Source of the DNA: the human T2T-CHM13v2.0 reference genome, Homo sapiens
Length of the DNA stretch: 64,000 nucleotides
NCBI RefSeq assembly: GCF_009914755.1
Contig: NC_060934.1
Strand: one strand, 5' to 3'
Position 1 is the first letter of the stretch, and every line of letters begins with the position of its first letter. The translations under genes and the position numbers were made by a program. The notes under the pieces were generated by a model. It ran no database searches. It saw nothing but the letters and a program-made list of their open reading frames with translations, and was not told where the DNA came from. Shown here one piece after another: positions 14,313-28,211 of the stretch.

Positions 14313-14484
14313 TGAAGCGAGCACCCAAGTCCCAACCAATCTGAATGAACCATTCTACCATACCAAGCCAATATTAATATTATTCATAATAAAATCTGCT
14401 GAAGTGAGCACCCAAGTCCCAAACAATCTGAATGAACCATTCTACCATACCCAGCCAATATTAATATTATTCATAATAAAATCT
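14313..14484 (+). repeat. Tandem duplication, 2 x 87 bp
   Basis: tgaag(c/t)gagcacccaagtcccaa...attcataataaaatct at 14313 and 14400; partial third copy at 14284-14298. Confidence 0.92.
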
Positions 14485-15509
14485 TAATAAATGAAAAATC
14501 AGTAAATAAAAAATGAATATAAAATACCTAAACATAAATTTGTCCTAAAACTCTAGTTGAGGGTTTTAAACATATCAAGAGTAACTGTTTTGAGTCACCT
14601 TAAAGCATTGCAATTTGTACAACCAAAAGGAAATATATCCTAAGGAAAAAATGAATTGCCAAACGAGGACCCTAAAACTGTTTGTTGTTGGCATTGTTCA
14701 TTTTCAATTCATAGATGGGTATTATAGGATGAAGGAGATGAGGAGCAATAATACTTTAATTCTGTCATTCCTGGTGTCATTGAGGACCTAGGATTCTTAG
14801 TATAGAAGAAAGGGGATACAGATAGAAGTTACAAAGTAACAAACACTTTATAGTCCTCAATTTGGATAGGACAAGTCATCATGGATTCATGATATGCTTT
14901 AACTCTCAAAAAAAAAGAGAACCTAGAAGGAAGGAGAACTCCTGTGTGTATTCACAGAAAAAGCCATGAATCAAGGACCACCTTAGTAAGGCAGCATTTC
15001 TCATATCCAGGCTATATTCTGGAAATAACAATTTTTTATAAAAAGAGATCAGAGTTCCTTGGAGAAATGCCTGAATTTAGGTCTGGACAGAAAATGTATG
15101 AGATGATTCTGGATCATCCTGACATATCATAAAATAAGGATGCTATGAAACATTACTAGGGTATATCACAGGGCCTAGGAGAAGACATGATGCTCCTACT
15201 GTCATTGGAACATCAATTAGTATAGTAACAGCAATAAGTGCATGGATTTGTAACTATAATAAATAAGCTTACAAGCAAGAAAAAGGCTTCCAGTGATCCA
15301 ATTTATTATTTGGAAAGCTGATAAAGGAATAATTCATCTATTCTGCATTTCCTGTGTGGGTGGTGTGACTGGATAACTAAGTAACAGATCAAGGGGAAGT
15401 TACTTTTTATGTAAGTATTTCAGCTAATAAATGAAGGTGTAATGGTAGCATTAGAATATTACTATTTTGCAACTCCTGGTGAAATAATAGATCTAGGGAT
15501 TGATCATTG

Positions 15510-15959
15510 TATGAAAGGACAATAAAAATTGGGGACCCCAATTTCCTATGCCAAAAGAAAAAAATTAAGCTGAAAGCTGAGTCATGAAAGAAGCTGCCTT
15601 TCCTTGGCTTTGTAAGCAGTTACAGATAAAAGTTTAAACATTTCCACAGGTAGCTACCCTGTTCATCTTATCTAATCAAGTGCTGATTTATTGAGCATAA
15701 GATCAGTACATAATTGACTATTTCCCTACGTGCTCCTTTTCTCTTGCAACATGAGGATCACCACACACTTCCTGTTTCCTCTCTAGGTCACTTTTCCTTT
15801 TTAAATATTGAAGCCCTCAAAATCATCTTTAGAGAAAAATCACAGACCACAGACTGTGTCTGTGATTCTGTGTTTATTTCTCCTGGGCATGTTCTTAACC
15901 TTGGCAAAATAAACTTCTACACTGATTGAGACCTGGCTCAGATACTCTTTGGTTTTACA
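15510..15959 (+). mobile_element. Solo ERV1 LTR (MER4 group)
   Basis: tatgaaaggacaataaaaattggggacccc...aataaac...ttttaca; 4-bp TSD attg. Confidence 0.75.
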
Positions 15960-15961
15960 AT

Positions 15962-16445
15962 TGCTATGGTCTTAATGTATCCCTCAAAATGTATCTGTTA
16001 GAACTCTAATCCCTAAGACAGCAGTGTTGGGAGCTGCAGCCTAATGGAGGTGTTTAGGTCAAAAAGGCACTTTTTATTTGGAAAACTGATAAAAGAAAGA
16101 ATAAATTATTTATCTATTCTGCATTTCCCATATGTGGGTGTTATCTACTACCCTGCAGTAGATGAGGGGGATGTTACTTTTTATATACATATAAAATAGT
16201 TATGTCTTATATAAGTATAAAAAAGGCTTGATGGATTGGGTTTACTTTTTGTCACTCTTCTGTCATGTGAGCACATCACATCCATCCTCTCTCCCTTTCA
16301 CCTACCTCCATGTGAGAATGTAGTAGGAATACCCTCTCCAGAGGCCTCTTGATTTTGGACTTCCCAGCCTGCGGAACTGTGAGAGAATAAATTTCTGTTC
16401 TTTATGAGTTACCTAGGTTCAGGAACTCTGTTATAGCAACAGAAC
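15962..16445 (+). mobile_element. MaLR LTR (MST/MLT1A-like)
   Basis: tgctatggtc...ggacttcccagcc...aataaatttctgttc...tgttatagcaacagaa. Confidence 0.8.
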
Positions 16446-16866
16446 CCTCCCAACTGGAGTTCTTCAGCACACCCCAGTCCATCCCCTCGCTAACTCCCCC
16501 ACCTGTCCAGTCTTATCTGCCTTTATATCAAAAGCCCACAGCTAACCCAGAGGGCTTCAGCCCTGCCCTGCCTTTCTAGGAAACCCCCCTCTCCACCCAC
16601 CCTGATCAAGACACTGTCTGAAGTTTCCCCCTCATGATTTAAAAAAAAGAAATTTATCTGACAGAGGTTCTGCTGAGGAGGCCAGCTCTCACATCAGAGG
16701 GTGATGGCAGTTTGTGCTGGATGAGGATAAGACAATGCTGTCCTAGGGCTGGCCATCTGATAAAGCTTCCCAGAAAGTGCAGTAATGGACCCCTGGGAGG
16801 CTTTCTGCTCTCCTGTCTGCGGGTTCCTGGTGAGAGGACCTATTGGCCACTAAGGTGTCTGAATAT

Positions 16867-16871
<5 letters not shown>

Positions 16872-16905
<34 letters not shown>
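16872..16905. repeat. (TG)n microsatellite
   Basis: Direct; other (TG)n tracts at about 12519-12542 and 17863-17899, and a TG-rich tract at 6377-6478. Confidence 0.95.
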
Positions 16906-16907
<2 letters not shown>

Positions 16908-17338
16908 AGAGTGATGTGTGTGTTCTTGGCTTGATTTCTTTCAGCATGAAGCCCACTGTTTTGCTGAATGTATCTGTTTCCTGAAACTCAGTGCATTCAG
17001 CTGGCTCAAGGGTCCTGGGGCCTTACTGTGTCATATTTGCACAAGCCTTGTGTCTGTGCAGACTGTACACTGGAGTTCAGTTGTAAAACCCTTTTTCTCC
17101 CTTATCCTGACACAGTAATAGAAAAGCCATTTCATTCAATGGAATAGAAACCCAGATCTAATGGAGAGATGGTCTAATCTGCCATACATTGGAGCAGTAT
17201 CCAGTGATTTGGACTTTGTGGCATTGATGGAAATTTCCAGGTTCTCTAGGTGGTGGGCAGAGACCTCACTTTTTAAGAAACTCTCCACCCCTGCCAATGA
17301 GGACACTGCTTGAGGACATTCCTGTCAATGTTAAGTAG

Positions 17339-17695
<357 letters not shown>

Positions 17696-17860
17696 TAAGG
17701 GAGCCAGCTCCTGAATACTGCCAGGTGCTTGGGCTGAGACAGGTCTAGACAGCACTGTCTGAAAATGGGCTCAAGGAAGTAGCTGTGAAAGGGCCCTGGG
17801 ATGTTTTCTGCTCCCCTCTCTGCAAATGTCCTGGAGGGACATCCTGTTAGTCACTTTGCG

Positions 17861-17901
<41 letters not shown>

Positions 17902-18889
17902 CATCAGTTGGTTTTATGTTTTTGCTTTTCTTCATGAAATCTGCAGAGCTGCCAAAAGTACCTTGATGTTTTCTGAAAGCAGAGCCAATGACCACACTCC
18001 AGGGACTGAGTTCTCAAATGTATGGTATTTGCTAAGGACGGGTGTTTACCTGCAGATAGTGTGATGGGGTTCAGAGCCAAGGAACACTAGTTTCTGTGCC
18101 CTGTTTCTATGTTAAAAAGACATTTCGTTCAACTGGATAACAGGGCAATTCTGGTGGAGAAAAGGTCTATTCTGCCATAGGATGGGGCAGCAGCCTGCAG
18201 TTCAGAACACTGGTGTGTGTCTGGAGATTTCCAGGAACTCCAGCTGCTGGTAGAGGCCCAGAAGGTAGGGGGCATTTGTCTTCAGATCAAAGGTGAGGGT
18301 TCTGCTCACCCCATTATCTTGGCCATGTGTGGACCCTTAAGTTTGCAGGATTGGATGTCCTGACTGACTGTGCCATAGGAGGGTATAAGAGACTGAGGGC
18401 AACACAACTATAGACTGTGGGGATGATGTTCATAGGGAGCGTCCCTGCTGCCTGTGGCAAGAGTAAAGAGTGAAATGCTTGGGGCTGGGAAGAGGCAACA
18501 AAAGTCTACATAATCTATTGTCCTCAGCTCATCTCCCATCCTAGTCCAGTCATGGCCTAACATCTTTAGCTACTGATCGCAGAGGAGACTGTGCATTTGT
18601 GTTCATGTGGCCTTGGATGTTGGCAAATTCAGATTGGTGCCCCAGGCATCTGTGCCTGTAACTGCAGTTTCAATGGGCTCAGAACCAGCCTAAAGGGCCT
18701 CCAAGCTTCCTCCAGTTTCCTGGTGCATGCATGTGCAATATACTCCCGTCGCCTGGGTCTCTTCTGCCTCTTCTTGCCAGTTGGGTCAGAGCTAGCTTAT
18801 TAACCAGTGTTTTCTGAGATTTAATAGAACTGGCTCAGACCAGTTGGAGACTTGAAAAGGGCTACGTGATAGTAATAGATTTTTAAAGA

Positions 18890-19620
18890 TACATTATTAT
18901 TTTAGAGTAGATTTGAGTGTACAGCAAAATGGAGTGCAGAGTCCAGAGTTCCCATATGCCCTCGATTCCTGTACACTCTTGGGTCACTCAACCAACAACC
19001 TCCTACACCAGAGTAGAATATTTATTATAGTCAGTGATCTTACACTGACACATCATTATCACCCAGAGTGATACTGTTGATGGCACACATTCTAAGGGTT
19101 TGGAGAAATGTATAACGAGAATGAAATGTATAATGAATGTATCATTATAGCTGTTATGATATCCTGCAGTATATTTTCATTACTGTAATAATCTTGTGCT
19201 CTATTTATTTATCCTTTCTTTTCCTAACCACTGGAAACCACCAATCTTTTCACTCTCCAAAGTTTTGCATTTTTCTGAATGTTATATACTTGGAATCATA
19301 GATAACTTTCCAGATTGGCTTCTTTCAGTTACTAATATGCATTTAGTATGTAATATGCAGTTAGTAATAGCTCATTTCTTTTCAGATGTGATTAACATTT
19401 CATTTTCTAAATATACCACATTTGTATTTATCATTAAGCTACTTAAGGAAATCTTGGTTCCTCCTGACTTTTGGCAGCTATTTTAAAAGCTGTTATAAAC
19501 ATCTGTGTGCAGATTTTTGTGTGGACATAAGCTTTCTGGTCATTTGGATAAAGACCTAGGGAATGCAACTACTGGATCACATAGTAAGATTATGTGTAGT
19601 TTTGTAAGAAACTGCCCATA
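18890..19620 (-). mobile_element. L1MB/MC 3' fragment
   Basis: Antisense L1 3' sequence (aaacatctgtgtgcagatttttgtgtggacataag...tttgtaagaaactgcc). Confidence 0.7.
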
Positions 19621-19669
19621 TTAGGAGAGTCTTTACATTGGTAGAGGAGACTGTGCTAACATACTGCAG

Positions 19670-19805
19670 AACCATGCTCAGCTAATTATTTGTTTGTATT
19701 TGTTTTAGAGATGGGGTTTCCCTAAGTTGCTTAGGCTTGTTTCAAAATCCTGGGCTGAAGTAGTCTGCCTGCATTGGTCTCCCCAAGTGCTGGAATTACA
19801 GGCCA
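19670..19805 (-). mobile_element. Alu monomer (FLAM-like)
   Basis: Diverged left-arm sequence. Confidence 0.75.
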
Positions 19806-21699
19806 TCTAAACCTTTTATCTTAGATTTGCCTTGTGACAAAAGGAGGGGTACTTTTTCTGATATGATGAGGCAGAGAAAGATGAGGTGGGTGCATCCTGT
19901 GCATATTATTTTCTTAGGCTTTTGCCTGATGGGATATATTTTCTCCTTCAATGATATGGCAAGATATTCAGGTGAAAGAAGTTGAATAAAAGTTAGAAGA
20001 ACAGAGAAAAGATTGGTTCTACATGTTGGGTTTTTGAATAAATGATGTCATTGGAGAAACAAAACTTTTATTGATTTTTGGAAATATTCAGGGCCAATTT
20101 GTTGTGTAAGTAATTTGAACTTATGATGATACCTCTGACCACTTTTTGATATTTTTGGGGTTCAGCTGAGTGGTGTCAATGAGCCAACACAAAGTGGGGC
20201 TCATCCAGGGATGAGATTTTGCCAGAGAAAGGATGAGCATCAAGTCAGGGAGCTTAAGATAATTATGAGAAAGTGACTATCTAAAATTGCTTAGGTAAGA
20301 GAGAGATTGGATTTTTGTGTATTTGGTATTTGGGAGAAGAGGGGTGTGGGTATGTATATGAGATGTGTTGTTTATTCTCTTAAGAGAGAAAATGAGAGGA
20401 TTAATGGACTGTAGTTCTGGACAAGGTGAAAAACTCTTAAAGTGGAAGTATTGGTGCAAGTGCTGTGACAGGCTGGAATGGTGCAGTCAGTCCCTTCATC
20501 CATAAATCAGTAGAATGTTAGCAGTTCATACTCAAACCTTGTAAAAAATAGGTGGAGAAAAGGAAGTCCCTCACAGTAACTGGCACCATAATCAAGACAG
20601 AATGTTTCCAGAATAAATGGAGTTATCTGCTTTCAGCTTCAGGTGGTAGCTATTGTCTGCCCTGATGATATGTGATAATAATTTGTGATCCCGATGTCTT
20701 AAAATGGGATCACTCATCTCCAGTAGAATTAAGTCCACAGTGAAGTTGTCCCCTCATCCCCAAAGAGATAAACATATATGAATGGACTGAGATGATAATA
20801 ACTACTGCTGCCTGGGATCATGAGAGACCTGAAATGAACTGATAGGATGTGAAAGGTGGCTGAGAAAATGAGAATGGACCCATCTGCGGAGGATCATAAA
20901 ACCAGCAAAGCTTCAGAAGCTTTGTCCATGAAAACTCTAAGGACTTCTCCATACCTGGTGGCTGCTGCTGTGATCTCTGCCCAAAAGGAGCCTCTGATCA
21001 GTATCCAAAGGGCTTCTGGACCCACTGGAGTCTTCTGGAGGTACATTGGTATCCTGAGACATCACTGTGGTTTTTTACTCTCTTTATTACTGCCTGTGTG
21101 TAGAATGATAATTGCCTAATTGATAGTGTGAATACCTCTTGATACATGGTAAATCTGAGCATATGTAATTGGGTGTCATGTCATTCTGAAACCTCACAGC
21201 TTCAGTCAGTGTCAGCACAGCTAGGCAGCTTGCACCTAATGCAAATATCAGTGGACATAGTCTATAGGTACCTAATGACTCAGGTACTTTAACAGTCACT
21301 AATGAGTGTATCTCCAAGAAATAGTCCAACAACACATGGCTGGCCTGACTCAAGGTAACTATATGTCCAATCCAGGGTCATACTGAGTGGACATCTGGCA
21401 ACCACAGGTCATTCCCCCTGCCTGCCATTGAACTGCTAGTTCAAAAGTGACTGGTGTAAGCAGACAGGAGTGGGCTTGTTCAACTCACTATTTGCTTCTT
21501 CTGAAGGGATCATACTCAGGATCTAGGTCATCGTGCCTTATTGGAGTCCTACACATTTCACTTGCAAATTATATTTGAAAATGAAATTACCATGTTGCTA
21601 GTCATTCACAAAACATTTTTTAAAATTACATTCTAGAACCAATATTAACATCCTGTGACCCATAGAAAACAATAGAGAAATGTATTAGGCAAAAAGTTC

Positions 21700-22400
21700 T
21701 GGCAAAGACCAGTCTGATATTGGCCTGATTACTCAACCTCAGGCATTGGTCACATTAACTCACAGAGCTAAGAAAAATAAAAAGTACCAGCCTTGTTACT
21801 CAAGACATTAGGAACTGTCGATTTAGATAGATAAAAGATTTTAGCTAACAAAATATTACAATGTCATCCTGAAGAATATGTCCCTCTTCCAGAGAACCCA
21901 GGAGGTTATCATGACCCCTGGAAAGCCCGACCAGCAATAACAGTGAAAGTTACATAGCTGCCCGAGTGCAGAAATATAATCTCTACTGAAAATGTTTTAT
22001 ACTAGGCACGAATTTCAAGATATACATAGAATTTTTGCTCACGAAGTCAAATCACATGTACAAATTCCATATGGTTTAGGAGTTAATGGTGGTAAATTCA
22101 CTATGCTTACTGGAAGCGAAGTAGGACAAATGACTGGAATAGCAAACAACTGCAGGTTTCATGATGAATTAATTGCTAGAGCACAAAATATCGAAGATCT
22201 TCATGACTTACGATGGGGATGGGTAACAGAAGTTGGATGAGACAATACCCAAACATGATTCCCAGGTTTACCTAAACTAAACAATGGAAGACTGTAGAAG
22301 ATGCCATGAAGATATCTCATGAATATGGAAGATTATTATTCACTTCTGATGTGACAGGACTTTATAGGGCACCTGAAAAAATTCTCATGAAAAACCACTT
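21700..22400 (+). mobile_element. Class III (ERV-L-like) endogenous retrovirus gag remnant
   Basis: Frameshifted translation ...KARPAITVKVT...FYTRHEFQDIHRIF...NGGKFTMLTGSEVGQM...WGWVTEV...WKTVEDAMKISHEYG parallels recalled ERV-L gag SRPITRLKS...YTPKELLEF...DNGGRNIELDQAEF...FAWLAE...WFNVEEGIQRLREIG. Confidence 0.7.
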
Positions 22401-23383
22401 TTACAAAATGTCAAGTTATGATATCCAAGATGAAACCAATGAGTCACAACATTCACATAATATACTGTACAACCCTGATCTCTTGACTGTCATCAAATGT
22501 TTCTTACCTCTAAACCAAAGTTTCATTTTATAATTTAATTTTTCTCATTTTTTCTTTCCTCTCAGCTTAAGACAAGATCATTACAACCTTTTTTGTATGT
22601 TTTCATATATGCTTGCAAAGGGTTGTAAAATTTTATTGTGATTATTCTTGCTTTAAGCCAAAACTTCCCTAATCTTTCTTTAGAGATTGTGGAATAGCAT
22701 GCTAGTTTCCTTTCCATATCCAATTGTTTCTTCTGTATTCATTACCCTAGCTATATGATTACATCTTTTGAACCTCCCCTGCAGCTAGGTATGGCCATTT
22801 GACTAAGTTTTAAGCCAATAATTTGTAAGCCGTGTGCTATGAGTACCTTCTAAAAAACCTTCCTCCTTCTTTTCTCCCTCTACCCTATTGTCTGGAATGA
22901 AGATCCAATAGCTGGAGATCAGTAGTCATCCTAGCTAAAGCAGGCAGGGGTGATGGGCAACACGGTCTGTTAATTCCCTTACTGGAAGATAACTTTCACA
23001 AGAATAAGAACCTTTGTTGTGTTGGTTCAAGCAATATCCCCAGCACTTACATACAGTGTGCGGCATGTTTGCTAAGAGCTCAGGTACTAAATGGGTATTG
23101 AATGAATGGATGAATTAATTAGTTTGCTTTGGAGCTATAAATAAACAAGGTCTCAGCTCATTTCACAGAATCAAGCTCCTAATTCAAATCACACTATTCT
23201 AATTTATTTCTCTTTGCTCTCTCAGACTTGCCAATGTCATGGTAGGTTAGGATTTTTCTTAGCGTACTTCAATATTGTCTTCACTCCAAATGTTTTAAAA
23301 TCTATTTTCATAACAATGCTTCCCAATATTTTCCTGTTTAGAGAGTTTAAAATTCTTCCATTTTTAAAGTCGTGGATATCTGT

Positions 23384-23680
<297 letters not shown>

Positions 23681-26246
23681 AAAGTCATGGATATCTGTTT
23701 TCGAGTGTGTCTGTTGTTAAGCGCAGGCACTATTTTGTAACTTTAAATAGACATCATCTCAAGTCTACAAGAATTATCCAAAATGGTATCTAATGATATT
23801 TCTAGGTCTTCAGACACTATTAATTTTACTAGATATTGGTTACTGAAACTGAACTTTCTTGAATTCTTTTTTTTTTCCACTGTGGTTTCCCGCATTTCAA
23901 CGTATCACCTATTTTTGTCCTCGAACTTTACTGAAATATTTTCAACAAAATTAAATTACATATGAATCATCGCTTCTTCCCTGATTTTTGAAATTACCCA
24001 TTGCTTCCTATGATAATGATTCTTCTGGTCCTTTTTGTAGTTAACTTATGTTAGAGTTTGTAAATATTCACACATTTTGGAATTGCATATAATTTTCTTC
24101 TTAATTATTTTTTCCTCTTCCCCCAAAGTTGTTGTTATTTCTTTTAACTCTTTGTGGGAAAAATTAAACCCGTGTTTCACTTTTTGATATACTTGTCATT
24201 GAACTCCTTGATTTATGCTCAAATTGCTTTTCAAGTTACCCACTTTTAGGGAAGACATTATTTGGGTTTTGTTTAGTGTATCAAGCTTTTTTTTTTTGTT
24301 AGATGTATCAAGAAGTGTAGACTTTTCTATACATAGTATCCTTTTTCCCACAGTAGTTTTTTTGAAAATTCTATTAAAATAAAGGTCATCAAAAGATCTC
24401 TTCCTAAACCTTTCCTCTACCAGAAATACCTCTGGAATGACATGGTCCTTTCTCCCTTTCTTTTTTTAAATACAAACTTTATTTAATATAGAATTAACAT
24501 TAATTTTGGAAGCAATACTGTTAAGTACATTCATAGGTATATCTAAAGTCAGTTTTTATTCAAAGCATGATTTTAAATAAATCCCTTCTTGCTTTTGTAG
24601 AAGTCCAAAGCTAATCTGCCCCAATCCGGATTGCATGCACTTGTGCCTTTTGGGGGCCCTTGTGCATTCGTTCTTCCTTCCCTTCTAAACTCAAAAATGT
24701 ATTTTCTGTATTGGCTCTTTCCCTTTAATATAGAAGTATACTCACCCTTTTTGTTGAATCTTGGAATAAAAGGCTTTCTTTACCATATGTCTCCCTTTGA
24801 CTACTACTACATCTCTCTTCTCAGCCAAATACTTGGGAAGAGAAGCCCTCAGTTTGTGTCATTGTTTTCTCACCTCCAGTTCAATACTTTACCCACTTCC
24901 TGACATCCAGCTCACTCACACACACACACAAGCCCAATCACTAAGTTATCATAGCTGATTTGTAGCTTTCCTGCCCTCCTGGCAACATTTGACTCTGTGC
25001 ATTGAGATAATACACGTTGAGTACCTATTGACCAGGCACTGTGTTAGGTGCTGCTGTTATAGAAATGAAAAGCAGACATCATCTCCTTTCTAATGACTTA
25101 CAGAGGCAGCCATTCCTGATTTATATGCAGGTGTCTTGACTCCCAGTGCTCACATTTGCAAGCTTCACTTAATGCCATGGAAATCACCCTATTCTCCGTA
25201 TTTTTTTCTTCCCAATTCTTCTTACTATACAGAGCTTCTCAAGGCAATCACTTCCATGCCCATGGCTTCAGTTGCATTCTCTATTCTCTGAGGACAATAG
25301 AATTTTAAATGTTTTGTTTCATGTATTAGTTTTATTTTATACAAGATGCCTCATTTGCTGTAACCATAGATTCAGAGTTGCTCCATGAAAGTAATAAATG
25401 AAAAATGGTGATATTATTAGCATGCAAATTTTAGGAAATTTCCCCGGTTACTCTTAATGGTTTGATTTAGTATGTGTGTTATTTTTGAAAATATATGTTG
25501 GGATGTCACAAATGGACTTAGGCTACAGAGATTTATATTCAACTTTTGACCATAGAATTCCATTTTATGTGACACTGAGAGTAAAAAACTATCTTTTCCT
25601 CCTTACCTATTTCTCTTCCTACATTCTCTGCCAGGAGGAAGGCACCGCTACATACTCAGTCTTCCCCAGCAGAGCCTGAGCGCTCTGTTTTCCCTCTGCT
25701 TCCCCTCTTCTTTCACATCTCATGACCAAGCACTTCCTATTCCATCTCCCAAATGATCAGAAAACTTTTTCCTCAACTTTTGTCACTGCCACTGCCTTTA
25801 TCATTACTCTTCTTTTAGATAAAGTCTCTTAATTGGTCTTGTTGCTTCCTTTAGTCCTTCATTATTATACAGACCACTATACACACATCTGACAGAGATG
25901 CCTCACCTTTGTATGATTCAATGACTCAAATTTTCAGAATAAAATTAAAACCATCCCAGCAACAAATTTGGGATCAAATATGGGTGGGTCTGTATCCTAG
26001 GTTCATACCCTGTCCAGCAGTGTAGTCTCAGAAAACTGAACTCCTTAAGCCTTTGTTTGTGTATCTGCCTACACTAATTGAGAGTTAGGACTGTTTCACA
26101 CATACAGTGCCTGGTATGTAGAAGGGACTTAATGTTGAATGAAGGGGAGGCATTTTAAAATCCACATCAAGAAATGTTTTTCTTTTAAAAATATACTAAT
26201 CTACAATGTCACTTTCCCTCCAAGCTTGACTTCTACCTTTACTTTC

Positions 26247-26640
26247 TGATATGGTTTGGGCATGTCCCCACCCAAATCTCATCTTGAATTGTAATCTCAT
26301 AATCCCCACGTGTTGAGGGAGGGACCCAGTGGGAGATAACTGGATCATGGGGACAGTTTCGCCCATGCTGTTCTTATGATAGTGAGTGAGTTCTCATGAG
26401 AACTGATGGTTTTATACATGTTTGATAGTTGCTCCTTCACATGCTCACACTCTCTGGCCTGCTGCCATGTAAGAAGTGCCTGCTTCCTTTTCCACTATGA
26501 TTGTAGGTTTCCTAAGGCCTCCCCAGTCATGTGGAACATGAGTCAATTCAACCTCTTTCCTTTATAAATTACTCAACCTTTATAAATTACCTGTCAACCT
26601 CAGGTATTTCTTTATAGCAGTGTGAAAATGGACCAATACA
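26247..26640 (+). mobile_element. THE1/MSTA MaLR solo LTR
   Basis: tgatatggtttgg...cccaaatctcatcttgaattgta...aataca; perfect 5-bp TSD ctttc. Confidence 0.92.
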
Positions 26641-27941
26641 CTTTCTGATAATCCTGCTTGAGAAATTGGGGGAATTCATACTACCTGGGATCAAATTGTG
26701 GCCCCAGCCTGAGCAGTCGTGTGACCTTGGGGAGATAACTTACTTTCTCCATTTCAGTGTCTTCTGTAAAACCTGTAAAATGAGATTGTTTCTGAGGGTT
26801 AAATGAGCATAGCACAGTTAGAATACTGTCAGGCACATACTGATTGCCAGATGTTGAGTATTCATCTTTATTGAATTAGGACTGTGGTACCCCACTTTAT
26901 GGCTCTCTATTTTGTATGACAAAATCATGCTTAGTGCTTTGTTAGTAAAAGAGAGAATAATCTGAAAGTTTTTCCTGTGGAAGGAAGAAACAGAGGGGAG
27001 AAAAGGGAGTTGGTAAGTTTCAGCATTTCAGAACTTGGAGGGACAAGTCAGGTTTCTATTTTTTGGAGAAAGAGGTGGAGGCAGGATGGGTCCTAAGGTG
27101 TCATTCAAGACACACAGCCATAACTCTTTATTGAGAGTAGAGCTAGAGCCCCAGGGACTGCTATGGTCAAGTTGCAGACAAAAACTACCACTCATTGGAA
27201 GACAGGAGAGGAATATTTAGTTACAAAAGCAGTCAACAATTCAGGTGTATCTACATTCAGTCAGCAAATAAAAGTTGCTCAACTTGGTTGCTAATGGGAC
27301 CCACTCTACTAACTGAGGATTTGTATAGAACTCATAGAGGAAGATGGCTTCAAGTAAGGAACCACCTTGTGCTTTTCTTGGGACTAAAAAGCTCAGGAAG
27401 CCGGTGATGAATGAAAATCTTAGTCCCACTGGCACTGTGCAAGGGGCCAGGAGAGCAGCAGCATCATAAGCCTCAGGGTGAGGCAGCCCAGGCAGGGGCA
27501 TTCTGAGCTGTAGGGGAGGTGGGGCAGCCAGGGTGGGGCATTGTGAGCTGTCAGGGAGGGCATTGTGAAGTGTGGGGTGGGGCATTGTGAGCCACAAGCC
27601 TGGGCTTCCACCTGGGCTAGTGTGCTTCAGTCTGTAGGTGACTGCAGAAGGAGGAGGAGCTCCATCTGTACTCTCTTCAGGCAGTTGTGTCTCTCAGTGC
27701 TTGTTGGGTTCACACCTATTAAATAAGCTGGCTGGTCTTCACCCTCCAAGAGAAGTCAACTCATGGGAGGTGGCAGGGTACAGGCATTGGCCCAAGCTGT
27801 GGCTGGGGCCAGGCTGTGGTGTCGGCAGGCAAGCAGCAGACAAGACCATCTCTGCAAGTGCAGCACAGCCTCAGCCTAGGGCAACGGGAGTGTGAGGCCA
27901 AAGCTGTGAGCAGAGGCATAGGTAGTGGCAGACAGGAGTAG

Positions 27942-28211
<270 letters not shown>

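Noticed and set aside
14284-14484. CRISPR-like or other prokaryotic repeat system
   Set aside because: Simple head-to-tail duplication without spacers, in primate DNA; no tRNA, rRNA or CRISPR was seen in the window.
18560-18800. CpG-decayed promoter-like patch (gattgg, tgcatgcatgtgca)
   Set aside because: Motifs are too short and degenerate to support a call.
20480-22400. Endogenous bornavirus-like element
   Set aside because: Considered because of the coding-like composition, but translations did not match recalled bornavirus N or G; the 3' part fits ERV-L gag.
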